In this document: in pieces, positions 1 to 8,688 of the stretch
Layout: each line of letters opens with the position of its first letter
How positions within the stretch are numbered: the stretch's first letter is position 1
NCBI GenBank assembly: GCA_043803685.1
Contig: JAZDJU010000119.1
Span: 1 to 54,989 of the forward strand
Source: Candidatus Omnitrophota bacterium
Lineage (GTDB): Bacteria > Omnitrophota > Omnitrophia > Omnitrophales > Aquincolibacteriaceae
Direction of reading: 5' to 3'
Length of the DNA stretch: 54,989 nucleotides
The notes under the pieces: model-generated
Told to the model about the DNA's origin: nothing
Seen by the model: only the letters and a program-made list of their open reading frames with translations
Database searches by the model: none
Program-made: the position numbers and the translations under genes

Positions 1-10
1 GCCGACCATA

Positions 11-430
11 TTAAAATTGCTTTTCGTAATCACTTGCCATACGCGAGGCTTTCGGCCGGATCTTCCAGTAACTATTTTTTTTGGGTTCAAGTCGTTGGTC
101 CAGAAGATCCTTCCCTGTAAGGCGCAAGATCAACCCGATGGGGGTGATCGCGAAATAGAAAAGGGCGGAAAGGATCACGCGTGTCATCACCCAGCCCATC
201 AGGACCGCGAGGGTCATCCACGCTTTTTGAAAGGGCTTCAGGATCGAAGGTATCACAACACCCGCAACGACAAGAAAGGTCCCTGGAGCAAGAAAATAAA
301 GAAAATGCCCTTTCCCACGCCAGAATAAAAGAATGCCCAAGGCGCACAGCACTCCCCCGACTAAGAGACCGAATTCCCGGAGTTTCTTCTTACTCGACTC
401 GATATTTCTTATTTCTTTAACGATACTCAT
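11..430 (-). CDS. SxtJ-family small membrane protein (carbamoyltransferase-associated)
   Basis: 139 aa, hydrophobic helices, LREFGLLVG start motif, ITPIGLILRLTGKDLL and SYW...EKQF end typical of SxtJ-like proteins; directly downstream of a carbamoyltransferase; RBS GAGG upstream. Confidence 0.8.
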   Translation of the reverse strand: MSIVKEIRNIESSKKKLREFGLLVGGVLCALGILLFWRGKGHFLYFLAPGTFLVVAGVVIPSILKPFQKAWMTLAVLMGWVMTRVILSALFYFAITPIGLILRLTGKDLLDQRLEPKKNSYWKIRPKASRMASDYEKQF

Positions 431-445
431 GTAAACCTCTTATTG

Positions 446-506
446 AGAGTGTCTTAGTGTCAAGGTATCAGAGTGACACCTTGATACTTTGATACTCTGA
501 CACCGT
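446..506. repeat. Inverted array of degenerate 8-bp repeats (hairpin-forming)
   Basis: agagtgtc/ttagtgtc/aaggtatc/agagt followed by gacacctt/gatacttt/gatactct/gacaccgt, whose reverse complements match the left-hand units. Confidence 0.75.
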
Positions 507-507
507 T

Positions 508-2325
508 TCAATCCAGTTCAAACTCCTTCATCCACGTACTGTCCTTTTCAAGAGGTTTTTGTGCTTCCTTAGCGAGCATGTAATTCCCCAGGACCAGATA
601 GTCCATGTGTGTCCGCATAAAGCAGCGGAAAGCGTCCTCGGGGGTGGAGACGATCGGTTCGCCCCGGACATTAAACGATGTATTGATCAGGACCGGACAA
701 CCGTGACATTCATCGAATTTCTTGAGAAGTTGGTAGAACCTGGGGTTTTGCGCCTGGGTCATGGTCTGGACGCGCGCGGAGTAATCCACATGCGTCACAG
801 CCGGGATCTCGGACCGCTTCACGTTCAGAAGCTCGATCCCCTCGAGCCTTTTCTCATCACTCGTCATTTCCCGGCGCCTTTTTTTCTGAACAGGCGCGAC
901 AAGTAGCATATAAGGACTCTCGATGGGCAGATCGAAGTATTCCCGGGATTTCTCAAGCAAAACCGTAGGCGCGAACGGACGGAAACTTTCGCGGAATTTG
1001 ATCTTCAAATTCATTTGCTCCTGCATCTTGGACGAACGCGGATCCCCGATAATGGAACGGCCCCCGAGCGCCCGCGGACCAAATTCCATAGCACCCTGGA
1101 ACCAACCGATCACTTTTTCCTGCGCGAGCATGTCTGCGACCTTTTCCGGAAGCTCCTCATCCGAAAGACGGGTGAACGGGATCTTTCGTTCTTTCAGAAA
1201 TGCTTCGATCTCGAAAGCGGAAAACTCCGTGCCAAGGAAGGAACCGCGCATTTTGTCCGCTCGCTCATCGGTCGACCGCGGCCTGTCGAGATACTGATGC
1301 CACGCAAAACAGGCCGCCCCCAAAGCGCCGCCAGCATCCCCGGAAGCAGGTTGGATCCATATCTGTTCAAAGGGACCTTCACGGAGAATGCGGCCATTCC
1401 CAACGCAGTTGAGCGCCACGCCTCCCGCAAGGCAAAGATTCTTCTGCCCCGTCACTACGTGGACATGACGCGTAATGCGAAGCATGACTTCCTCTGTCAC
1501 TTCCTGGATGGAACGAGCGAGGTCCATTTCTCGTTGGGTGACGCGGGATTCGGGTTTTCGAGGGGGGCCGCCGAAAAGTTCATCAAAGTGGCGATTCGTC
1601 ATTCGAAGCCCGGCGCAATAATCAAAATATTTCATATTGAGCTTGAACGAGCCGTCCTCTTTCAGGTCGATCAACTCCTTCAGGATCAACTCTTTGTATA
1701 CCGGTTTCCCATAAGGCGCGAGGCCCATCACTTTGTATTCTCCGGAATTGACCCTGAAACCTGTGTAGTAAGTGAAAGCGGAATAAAGGAGACCCAATGA
1801 ATGCGGAAATTTGAGCTCCGCGAGGATATCGATCTTGTTCCCCTTCCCGATCCCGTAACTGGTGGTCGCCCACTCTCCCACACCGTCCATGGTGAGGAAC
1901 GCGGCCTCTTGAAAAGGGGAAGGAAAAAACGCCGAGGCAGCGTGAGACTCGTGATGTTCCGGAAAAATGATCTTGCCGTCAAAGCCTAGCTGCGTCTGGA
2001 TGTAATCCTTCATCCAGAGCTTCTGTTTGATCCAAAGAGGCATCGCCATCAGAAAGGACGCGATGCCGTGCGGAGCGTAAGTGAGATAGGTCTCGAGAAT
2101 GCGTTCAAATTTGATGAAGGGCTTATCATAGAATGCGACGCAATCAAGGGCGGCGGCTTTGACGCCCCCTTTCTTTAAGCAAAACTCGATGGCGTTCGTG
2201 GGAAAGGAGAAGTCATGCTTTTTGCGCGTGAAACGCTCTTCCTGAGCTGCCGCGACAATAATGCCATCGCGAATAAGACACGCCGCGCTATCATGATAGA
2301 ACGCTGAGATCCCGAGAATATCCAT
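508..2325 (-). CDS. O-carbamoyltransferase (NodU/CmcH/TobZ family)
   Basis: 605 aa; ILGISAFYHDSAA, EERFTRKKH, HHESHAASAF, DGVGE, LAGGVALNC, EFGPRALGGRS, KFRESFRPFAP, NTSFNVRGEPIV motifs. Confidence 0.95.
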   Translation of the reverse strand: MDILGISAFYHDSAACLIRDGIIVAAAQEERFTRKKHDFSFPTNAIEFCLKKGGVKAAALDCVAFYDKPFIKFERILETYLTYAPHGIASFLMAMPLWIKQKLWMKDYIQTQLGFDGKIIFPEHHESHAASAFFPSPFQEAAFLTMDGVGEWATTSYGIGKGNKIDILAELKFPHSLGLLYSAFTYYTGFRVNSGEYKVMGLAPYGKPVYKELILKELIDLKEDGSFKLNMKYFDYCAGLRMTNRHFDELFGGPPRKPESRVTQREMDLARSIQEVTEEVMLRITRHVHVVTGQKNLCLAGGVALNCVGNGRILREGPFEQIWIQPASGDAGGALGAACFAWHQYLDRPRSTDERADKMRGSFLGTEFSAFEIEAFLKERKIPFTRLSDEELPEKVADMLAQEKVIGWFQGAMEFGPRALGGRSIIGDPRSSKMQEQMNLKIKFRESFRPFAPTVLLEKSREYFDLPIESPYMLLVAPVQKKRRREMTSDEKRLEGIELLNVKRSEIPAVTHVDYSARVQTMTQAQNPRFYQLLKKFDECHGCPVLINTSFNVRGEPIVSTPEDAFRCFMRTHMDYLVLGNYMLAKEAQKPLEKDSTWMKEFELD

Positions 2326-2328
2326 AAG

Positions 2329-2841
2329 CTACAAGGAATAAGTCTTCCGTTTGTTTTCCCAAAAATCCAAACTAAACTCCATTGCTTCCTCTTTCGTTTT
2401 GACACCGACTCTTTGCAGGGTCTTATCATACCCTTCGCGAACACGGTTCGGGTCAATTTTGAGCGAAGGATTTAATAATGCCTGAGAAACACTCTGGCGC
2501 ACCATCACGGGTGTAACAGCCGTGTTCCCTGGGTCTGCAGCGACTGGTAGAGTAGGTTGAGCCATCTGAATAGCGTGATACTCACGCCCTTCGTCTTTCC
2601 CAAATTCCATCCAATGCTGCTGCGCCTTAGCCTCAGTAGTAATGCCCGCCTGCCTCAGATCTTCATAGTTTTGGACATAGGTCTCCCAATCAAAATCGAA
2701 CGGAATGGTTCGAGCTGGCCCCTCGACCGAAACCGGAGCCTGCGCCTCAACCGGTGTAAGACTTTCGAACAGACGTCCCAAAATGATCCCTCCGACGATC
2801 ATAATGATCAAACCTAAGGAACTCAGGAATTTTCTTTCCAT
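2329..2841 (-). CDS. Hypothetical membrane-anchored protein with FDWxxY...HW...G..EGR motif
   Basis: 170 aa; N-terminal hydrophobic helix; FDWETYVQNYEDLRQAGITTEAKAQQHWMEFGKDEGR; ends 3 nt before carbamoyltransferase start. Confidence 0.7.
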   Translation of the reverse strand: MERKFLSSLGLIIMIVGGIILGRLFESLTPVEAQAPVSVEGPARTIPFDFDWETYVQNYEDLRQAGITTEAKAQQHWMEFGKDEGREYHAIQMAQPTLPVAADPGNTAVTPVMVRQSVSQALLNPSLKIDPNRVREGYDKTLQRVGVKTKEEAMEFSLDFWENKRKTYSL

Positions 2842-2917
2842 GGTCTAGCTATACTGCTCCCCGTTTAGTTAAGGTCCAAATAGTGTAGAATCTGAGCTCC
2901 TTGGCAAGCACAATGCT

Positions 2918-3077
2918 AGTACTGTTCTCCATTTGATTTTAGGGGTTAACAGTACTGTCCAAGTCTTTATTCCTTTTTATTCATGGCGACTTGGACTGTA
3001 CTGATTTCCGATCGTTATCTATTAATGAAAATCAGGTGCTGTACCGCATACCCCTAATTTCGAATGTCATGCGGTAC
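2918..3077. repeat. Cluster of intergenic inverted repeats (REP-like / terminator-like)
   Basis: agtactgtt(2918-2926)/aacagtact(2948-2956); cagtactgtccaagtc(2950-2965)/gacttggactgtactg(2988-3003, 15/16 complementary); gtaccgcat(3041-3049)/atgcggtac(3069-3077). Confidence 0.7.
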
Positions 3078-4048
3078 TAGTTCAGAACAGGCTCGACGGG
3101 ACGCGCCCTGTTATGCTGAAAGATCATCGCAAAGACCTTTTTCGAAAGGAGCAGCTTAACATAAGCCGACTGATCATCACGCTGAAATAGTTTTTGTGAA
3201 ACAAACTCTGAAAGAGCACGAATGGCAATGGCCCCGAACTTCAAAAAAAGAACGCTCCGGACAAGGTAGTCCCCCTTGCGACCATAATGTTTCCTGGCAA
3301 AGTAGATCTGACTTTGACGATAGGCCACGAGCCCGGCAAGGATATTCTGTTTCACGGATTGGCCGCTGTAATGAAGGATCTTCGACATCGGACAGAAAAC
3401 GATCCGCCATCCATGGTCGTGAAGTCTTTTGCAAAGATCGACATCCTCAAAATACATAAAAAAAGCCTCATCCAGAAGCCCGGCTTGGCGCAACGCTTCG
3501 CGGCGCAAGAGAAGGCAGGATCCGGAAAGCCAGTCAACATCCCTCTCAGTAGAACAAAAATCCGTCAGAAAACCGCGGATATTCGGATCATTCAGCGCAA
3601 TCTGATAATCCACGATCTTCCGTAGAACCTCGGAGAAAAGGTTCGGGAACTTGCCGTAGGAAACCTGATGTTTGCCGTCCCCGCCAACATGCTGTGGGCC
3701 TACGGCACCAGCCTCGGGATGTGATTCCATGAACTGGACCAATCGGTCAAAGACAGGGTCGAGGATCTTCGTATCGCTATTCAAAAGCAGGATGTATCGA
3801 CCTCGGGCATTCACGATCCCGAGATTATTCGCCTGGCTAAAACCCTCATTACGACCCGTTTCAATAAGCCGAACGTCCGGAAACTTCTCCGCGATTAACG
3901 CGCCAATATCATCCTGTGACCCATTATCGATCAGGAGGACCTCGTAGGGAACGCGCGGACTAAATTCCTGGATAGAATGCAGACATTGGAGCGTGAGATC
4001 CCGGGTTTTGTAGTGAACAATGATAATACTTAAAACCACGGTTTTCAT
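3077..4048 (-). CDS. GT2 glycosyltransferase (WbbL/rhamnosyltransferase-like)
   Basis: SIIIVHY, IDNGSQD, GFSQANN, LLLNSDT, WLSGSCLL, FFMYFEDVDLC motifs; start placed at ATG 4048 (ATGA overlap with waaL stop) rather than the ORF-track 4108. Confidence 0.88.
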   Translation of the reverse strand: MKTVVLSIIIVHYKTRDLTLQCLHSIQEFSPRVPYEVLLIDNGSQDDIGALIAEKFPDVRLIETGRNEGFSQANNLGIVNARGRYILLLNSDTKILDPVFDRLVQFMESHPEAGAVGPQHVGGDGKHQVSYGKFPNLFSEVLRKIVDYQIALNDPNIRGFLTDFCSTERDVDWLSGSCLLLRREALRQAGLLDEAFFMYFEDVDLCKRLHDHGWRIVFCPMSKILHYSGQSVKQNILAGLVAYRQSQIYFARKHYGRKGDYLVRSVLFLKFGAIAIRALSEFVSQKLFQRDDQSAYVKLLLSKKVFAMIFQHNRARPVEPVLN

Positions 4049-5307
4049 AAGGTTACTTTCCCCGACCCCGTTTTTGCAAGAGCAACACCATATCCCATCA
4101 GGATCCAAAAGAGCGTCGCAGGCAAGAGCTCGAATAAAACATTATCAAAAAAAGACGCGACGCACAATCCCAACACGCCCGCCAAAGTACCTGCTAAAAG
4201 AAATTTGAGCTCCGGGTCAAACGACTTCTTGAGCGATCTCAACCCGCAACTAAACCAATAGATCATGAGCGCCATGAAAGACATAAACCCAACAATTCCG
4301 ACCTCCGTCAACATTTGGATGTAACTATTGTGCGCGTAAGATGGCGGAATCGTGAGCGAACTGCTTTTTTCACAAGTCTTGTAGTAAGTGTTCAGACCGA
4401 TGCCCGTCCAGGGATGTGTTTGAAACATCCGCGTAGCATCTTGCAGCATGAGAAGTCTCGCCCGCACCGTGGGATCCATAGCATCTCCGCGGTCTGCCCG
4501 GCTTCCATAAAGATTCATTCCAAACAAAAAAGCCACTAAGAAAATAACCGGAATGACCCATAGGATCTTTTTTCTTAGAAGAAAGGCCAACGCGAAAACA
4601 CCCGCCAAACAAGCGATGATTCCTCCGCGAGAAAACGTCAAAAGCAGGGATAAAACTATGCAGCCTAAGCAAATCCCTTTCACAAAAGAACTTTTTTGAG
4701 TTTTCGGACCATAAAAAAAAGAGAGGGGCAACCCGAGCATCAGAACCGGCACAAGATAGGATGCGAATGTATTGGCCGCCGGGAACGTTGACGTAATCCG
4801 GGGAAAATGAACCTCTTTAAAGCCGTTATACACATCCAGCCGTCCCGCCTCACGAAATAGCAAAAGGTCTCGGCCAACAAAGAATTGATAAAAGCCATCG
4901 AAGGAAAGAAGAACAGCTGTCAGACACAAGAACACCGCCATATTGACCGCAACGCGTTTCTCCCGGACGCCATCCGCAATAGCAAGCATCAGCACAAGAT
5001 ATTTTCCATACTTAAGAAATAACGCATGAAGACTCTGCCCCAAAAATTCAGAATAAATAAGGGAAGCGGCGTACGACAGCAACAGAACGCCAGCCAGTAC
5101 GATCAAAATTTTCGGGACGATCAGTTTTTCGCGGAGAATTATTTTTCGAAAGACCCAAGCCAGAAGCACTGCCCCTACTCCGATCGAGGCTAAAGCATTT
5201 GAGATGGAAACTCCGACCACTAAAAAATATAAAGCAAACTCCAAGGCCCTATCCATGCGCCGCACCGCGATCGGAGTGTTGGCGCGATTGATAAAAATAT
5301 TTTCCAT
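4045..5307 (-). CDS. waaL: O-antigen ligase family protein
   Basis: 420 aa polytopic membrane protein; RITSTF..ANTFA, LTFSRGG, HPWTGIG, AHNSYIQMLTEVGIVG (Wzy_C/WaaL motifs). Confidence 0.85.
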   Translation of the reverse strand: MENIFINRANTPIAVRRMDRALEFALYFLVVGVSISNALASIGVGAVLLAWVFRKIILREKLIVPKILIVLAGVLLLSYAASLIYSEFLGQSLHALFLKYGKYLVLMLAIADGVREKRVAVNMAVFLCLTAVLLSFDGFYQFFVGRDLLLFREAGRLDVYNGFKEVHFPRITSTFPAANTFASYLVPVLMLGLPLSFFYGPKTQKSSFVKGICLGCIVLSLLLTFSRGGIIACLAGVFALAFLLRKKILWVIPVIFLVAFLFGMNLYGSRADRGDAMDPTVRARLLMLQDATRMFQTHPWTGIGLNTYYKTCEKSSSLTIPPSYAHNSYIQMLTEVGIVGFMSFMALMIYWFSCGLRSLKKSFDPELKFLLAGTLAGVLGLCVASFFDNVLFELLPATLFWILMGYGVALAKTGSGKVTL

Positions 5308-5325
5308 AACATCCCTGACTCGAAT

Positions 5326-6576
5326 TTATTTGACTGTATGTTCCAACAACGTGCGATGTCTACGAAGAAACCCACAACAGATGCGCGCCATCGACCCATA
5401 GGAATAATGCCCCGGCTTAAAGAGGGCTCTATAGGCCACAGACAGTTTCGCATCCTCCTCACTCTCAATGAACCGGCCCTCGAGTCGATCCAACATTTCA
5501 GTCACAAGATCCAGGATATCCTCGGGCGCATTCTCGTCAACACGAATACCCGCCTGTTGATATTGATGCGTAAAAAAATATCCACCGGCCTTCGAATTCA
5601 AAATCTCGTCAAAACAAAGGCGTCTCTCTAAAGATTCGCTCCAAAGGAGTTTGGGGATACTCAGATCGCAAGGCCGGACACCCAGAGTCTCCATCGGGAT
5701 CATGTTAGCCTGCGCAACGGGAACCCCGAAAACCGTACTGACAAGCGACAACCCGGAGGTGTTGCCAACAAAAAAACGCGCTAAAGCGCAAAGAACAATA
5801 TCAAGCCGATCGGATTTCTGGGGAGAATGCGCATAATCCACAACCCCCGGAATCGACGGCAACCGCGTCATACCCGAATCTCCCATCCGAATACAGAGCC
5901 CTCCACGGCGGACGATCTCTTGCATCGCGGGAATAGTGTTCAAAATGTTACCATTACGATGCGCTTGAATCACTTCATTTTTGGGGATATAACTGCCTTC
6001 ACGAACATGAACACAGACAAACCACTGCCCTTCTTTTAATCCAAGACGCCGCAACTCATCCCTACCCCAAATCCTGTCATCTTCGCTGAGTTGGAGGATG
6101 GGCTTCCGCTCCCCCCAGAGCCGGTTGATTCGATAGATATCCTGCGTCCCGAAATAGCCTGAGACGTACCGGGAAAGATCCTCCCTCATCACCCATCTCC
6201 GTGACAACAGCTCAAGAGCAAAAACCTTCACCGGATCGCTAACAATGGGAACCCATTCGTGCCAATACTTAAGCAGATGCTGATTTGCCACAAGCTTTGC
6301 CGAGGCAATGATAAATCGACGTCGTTTGGATAGCAGCCCAAGACGATCTTCTTTAAGAAAAGTGTCGATATCCGCCGCAAGGTGTCCAATATGCCAGGTT
6401 TGGGCGTAGAGCCTGCGAAAACCCAAGAGGTGGCCGAGTAATGCAAACGGGAGACTGAACAACCATAGCAACTCAATGCCGCAACGGCGGAAAAGGCCTG
6501 ACAGGAACCAAACAAAGCCGTGCTCTTTGTAACGACCCCGAATCACATGACAAAAAGCTTCAAATTGAGCGCGCAT
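5326..6576 (-). CDS. TIGR04372-like putative glycosyltransferase
   Basis: 416 aa; HIGHLA, WFVCVHVRE..Y, HRN, IRMGD, DYAHS..KSDRLD, FFVGNTSG, ENAPEDI motifs recalled for this family. Confidence 0.75.
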   Translation of the reverse strand: MRAQFEAFCHVIRGRYKEHGFVWFLSGLFRRCGIELLWLFSLPFALLGHLLGFRRLYAQTWHIGHLAADIDTFLKEDRLGLLSKRRRFIIASAKLVANQHLLKYWHEWVPIVSDPVKVFALELLSRRWVMREDLSRYVSGYFGTQDIYRINRLWGERKPILQLSEDDRIWGRDELRRLGLKEGQWFVCVHVREGSYIPKNEVIQAHRNGNILNTIPAMQEIVRRGGLCIRMGDSGMTRLPSIPGVVDYAHSPQKSDRLDIVLCALARFFVGNTSGLSLVSTVFGVPVAQANMIPMETLGVRPCDLSIPKLLWSESLERRLCFDEILNSKAGGYFFTHQYQQAGIRVDENAPEDILDLVTEMLDRLEGRFIESEEDAKLSVAYRALFKPGHYSYGSMARICCGFLRRHRTLLEHTVK

Positions 6577-6615
6577 TCGAAACCTTTCTGGAGCATCTAG
6601 ATCGAGTGAGTCGGA

Positions 6616-7806
6616 TCACATCATCTCCAGCGAAAGCGGCAGGACCGGTTCAAATCTTGCTGATCGTAATCGAGTAGCGACTCGGGCGGCCAGATCAGGC
6701 GCCAGCGCGAAATAAACTTTAGAGCCCGCTGGGACTTGAGACGGACTTAAAATGGGTTTCCCCCTATGTTCCCTGCCGATCCGGCTCGGATCCTCATCTA
6801 CAAAAAAATCAGCGCCGCCCGGCAAGGTTCCGTCAAGCCAAGTGGCCGCAATGGACGTTCCGAAAATTCCGAAAGGGTGTCCTTTGTGAGCGAGCTCATG
6901 GACCCGTTCAACCGCGGCTTTCAACCATTCCACATAGTGCTTAACGCGAGCGAACACTGCGACTCCATTAGTTTCCGGCGAAGTTCCCGGCCGATCCTTT
7001 GTTTTTTCGTTTCGATCCCCCTGAGCAAGCAATGATATCTCCTTCGGAATCCAGTCCGTTGCGACGAGAGTCTGCGCGAATCCAAAACGTCCCAATAAAT
7101 TAGAAAGAGTTCCGGGGCTGAAATGCATGAGATGGTCGGCGATCAAAATATCGAAGGGATTCTCCTCAATGTTGGACACCTCAATAAAGATCTTTCCGTC
7201 CCCGACAACTTTCGCTAAACGCGACAAAGCGTCACTCGGTGACGGGAAATGCTCCAGCGCGTGAACCAAGGTCACCAGATCGAATGGTCCATCAATAGCC
7301 TCCAGAGTACCGGTGCAAAGCTTCTCAAACCGCGGTATGCGCGAAAGACGCGGCAAAGTTCCATCCCCGAGTTCGTATCCGCTGAGGGACCATCCTGGCA
7401 ACAACCGGCTCATCGCGCTTAGCGTGGCGCCATTCCCGCAACCTACATCGATGGCCCTGCCGGTTGCGCCAAGCTGTTTTTCTGCGGTCAAACGTTCGAG
7501 AATAACGTCACTGCGCCGCCGGGGCGCTCCCGCCGCGCGATCGAACACAACCTGCTCATCTCCCCCGGCCTGATAATAAGCCTCATAATTTGAATAAATA
7601 CCTTCTATTTCCTTTAGCCACTGAGCGTCCGGAAGCTTTTGAACTCCACCGCAACTAAGACAGACATAAAGTTGTCCGCCGGCCTCAAAACTTCGACAAT
7701 CTGATGTGATCCTGGGAAGAGAAGGAAAATCCTTCACCTCCCTCAAGTCGTGAGCTTTACATATTTGACAGGCTCGTGGACAAAACGAATCGAGGCTGTT
7801 CTCCAT
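6616..7806 (-). CDS. Class I SAM-dependent methyltransferase with N-terminal Zn-binding Cys pairs (sugar methyltransferase-like)
   Basis: 396 aa; CQIC...CLSC, IDVGCGNG, HALEH, C-terminal FGIFGTSIAA...FFVDED domain. Confidence 0.8.
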   Translation of the reverse strand: MENSLDSFCPRACQICKAHDLREVKDFPSLPRITSDCRSFEAGGQLYVCLSCGGVQKLPDAQWLKEIEGIYSNYEAYYQAGGDEQVVFDRAAGAPRRRSDVILERLTAEKQLGATGRAIDVGCGNGATLSAMSRLLPGWSLSGYELGDGTLPRLSRIPRFEKLCTGTLEAIDGPFDLVTLVHALEHFPSPSDALSRLAKVVGDGKIFIEVSNIEENPFDILIADHLMHFSPGTLSNLLGRFGFAQTLVATDWIPKEISLLAQGDRNEKTKDRPGTSPETNGVAVFARVKHYVEWLKAAVERVHELAHKGHPFGIFGTSIAATWLDGTLPGGADFFVDEDPSRIGREHRGKPILSPSQVPAGSKVYFALAPDLAARVATRLRSARFEPVLPLSLEMM

Positions 7807-7809
7807 AAA

Positions 7810-8688
7810 CTAATACCCCGTGACCAGCTTTTCCATCAAATGCTCTGTAGATTCCGGTTCGATACCAAGTAATGCTAGAGTTCGCTTCATTCCCAGCGCA
7901 GGATGCGCCGGCCGGAATGCGATGGCACAGCCTGCTTCGCCTGAGGAAATGGATCGCACCAAATTCTTGTCGGCCTCAAGACAACACGCGAGGCGGGACG
8001 CGAAATCCGCATAAGTCATTTCCTCGGCGCCCGAAAGATGGAATACGCCGGCACGTTTGGCTCTTGCGATCGCAAGAAGATTATCCGTCACATAGGACAT
8101 TGAGACGGGCGACATGCAAAGATCATTCAATGCAGGGCAAGGCACGCCCGCTTTCAGGCGCGCCAAGAATTCTTTCGCCATCCCGGAATCAGGAGAAAGC
8201 ACCTTGGACAACCGGATAATGGCGACGGAACTTTTACTCCCGGGAAGGGTGAGCAGTTGCTGCTCAGCGCTGACTTTCTGCCGCCCATATTCTGTGGTAG
8301 GACAATACGCACTCCCCTCGTCAGGCTTTTCCGTATTTCCGTCAAAAACCGCATTACTGGACAGAAAAATGACAAAGCTTCCCCGCCTCACAAGTTCTGC
8401 TGCCAAACGAACCGTTCCGGTCACATTCGTTTGTCGGGACAGATCGGGATTGTCGCGGCAAAAAGTGATCGAAGACACTGCCGCGCAGAGGAAAACAACC
8501 TCGGGCGCAAGAGATACCAGGGCATTCGTATCACCGGTCGCCAGATCCGCGAACACCTGGCCGGTGCGCAAAGCGGTTCTCCGGCTCGAAGTTACAACAT
8601 GGTCGGCCAAACGTCCTGTTTCGACAGCAAGGTGCGAGCCGATGCAACCGTCCCCCCCGACGATGAGCCAGGTCTTATTTTTCGTCAT
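7810..8688 (-). CDS. RmlD-like NDP-4-keto-sugar reductase (SDR)
   Basis: 292 aa; GGDGCIG, FLSSNAVFDG, YGRQK. Confidence 0.8.
   Translation of the reverse strand: MTKNKTWLIVGGDGCIGSHLAVETGRLADHVVTSSRRTALRTGQVFADLATGDTNALVSLAPEVVFLCAAVSSITFCRDNPDLSRQTNVTGTVRLAAELVRRGSFVIFLSSNAVFDGNTEKPDEGSAYCPTTEYGRQKVSAEQQLLTLPGSKSSVAIIRLSKVLSPDSGMAKEFLARLKAGVPCPALNDLCMSPVSMSYVTDNLLAIARAKRAGVFHLSGAEEMTYADFASRLACCLEADKNLVRSISSGEAGCAIAFRPAHPALGMKRTLALLGIEPESTEHLMEKLVTGY

Noticed and set aside
446..506. CRISPR array
   Set aside because: Units are 8 bp, degenerate, without spacers; no cas genes
11..2325. Saxitoxin biosynthesis (sxtI/sxtJ)
   Set aside because: No sxtA/sxtG or other core genes; context is glycan biosynthesis
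2882..2907. Sigma70 promoter TTGCCA...TACACT on the minus strand
   Set aside because: Spacer is only 14 nt
4713..4720. Homopolymer tracts (A8 here; T8 at 75-82, 8971-8978, 21836-21843) as phase-variation switches
   Set aside because: All in frame, short and explained by Lys/Phe codons; no long poly-G/C tracts
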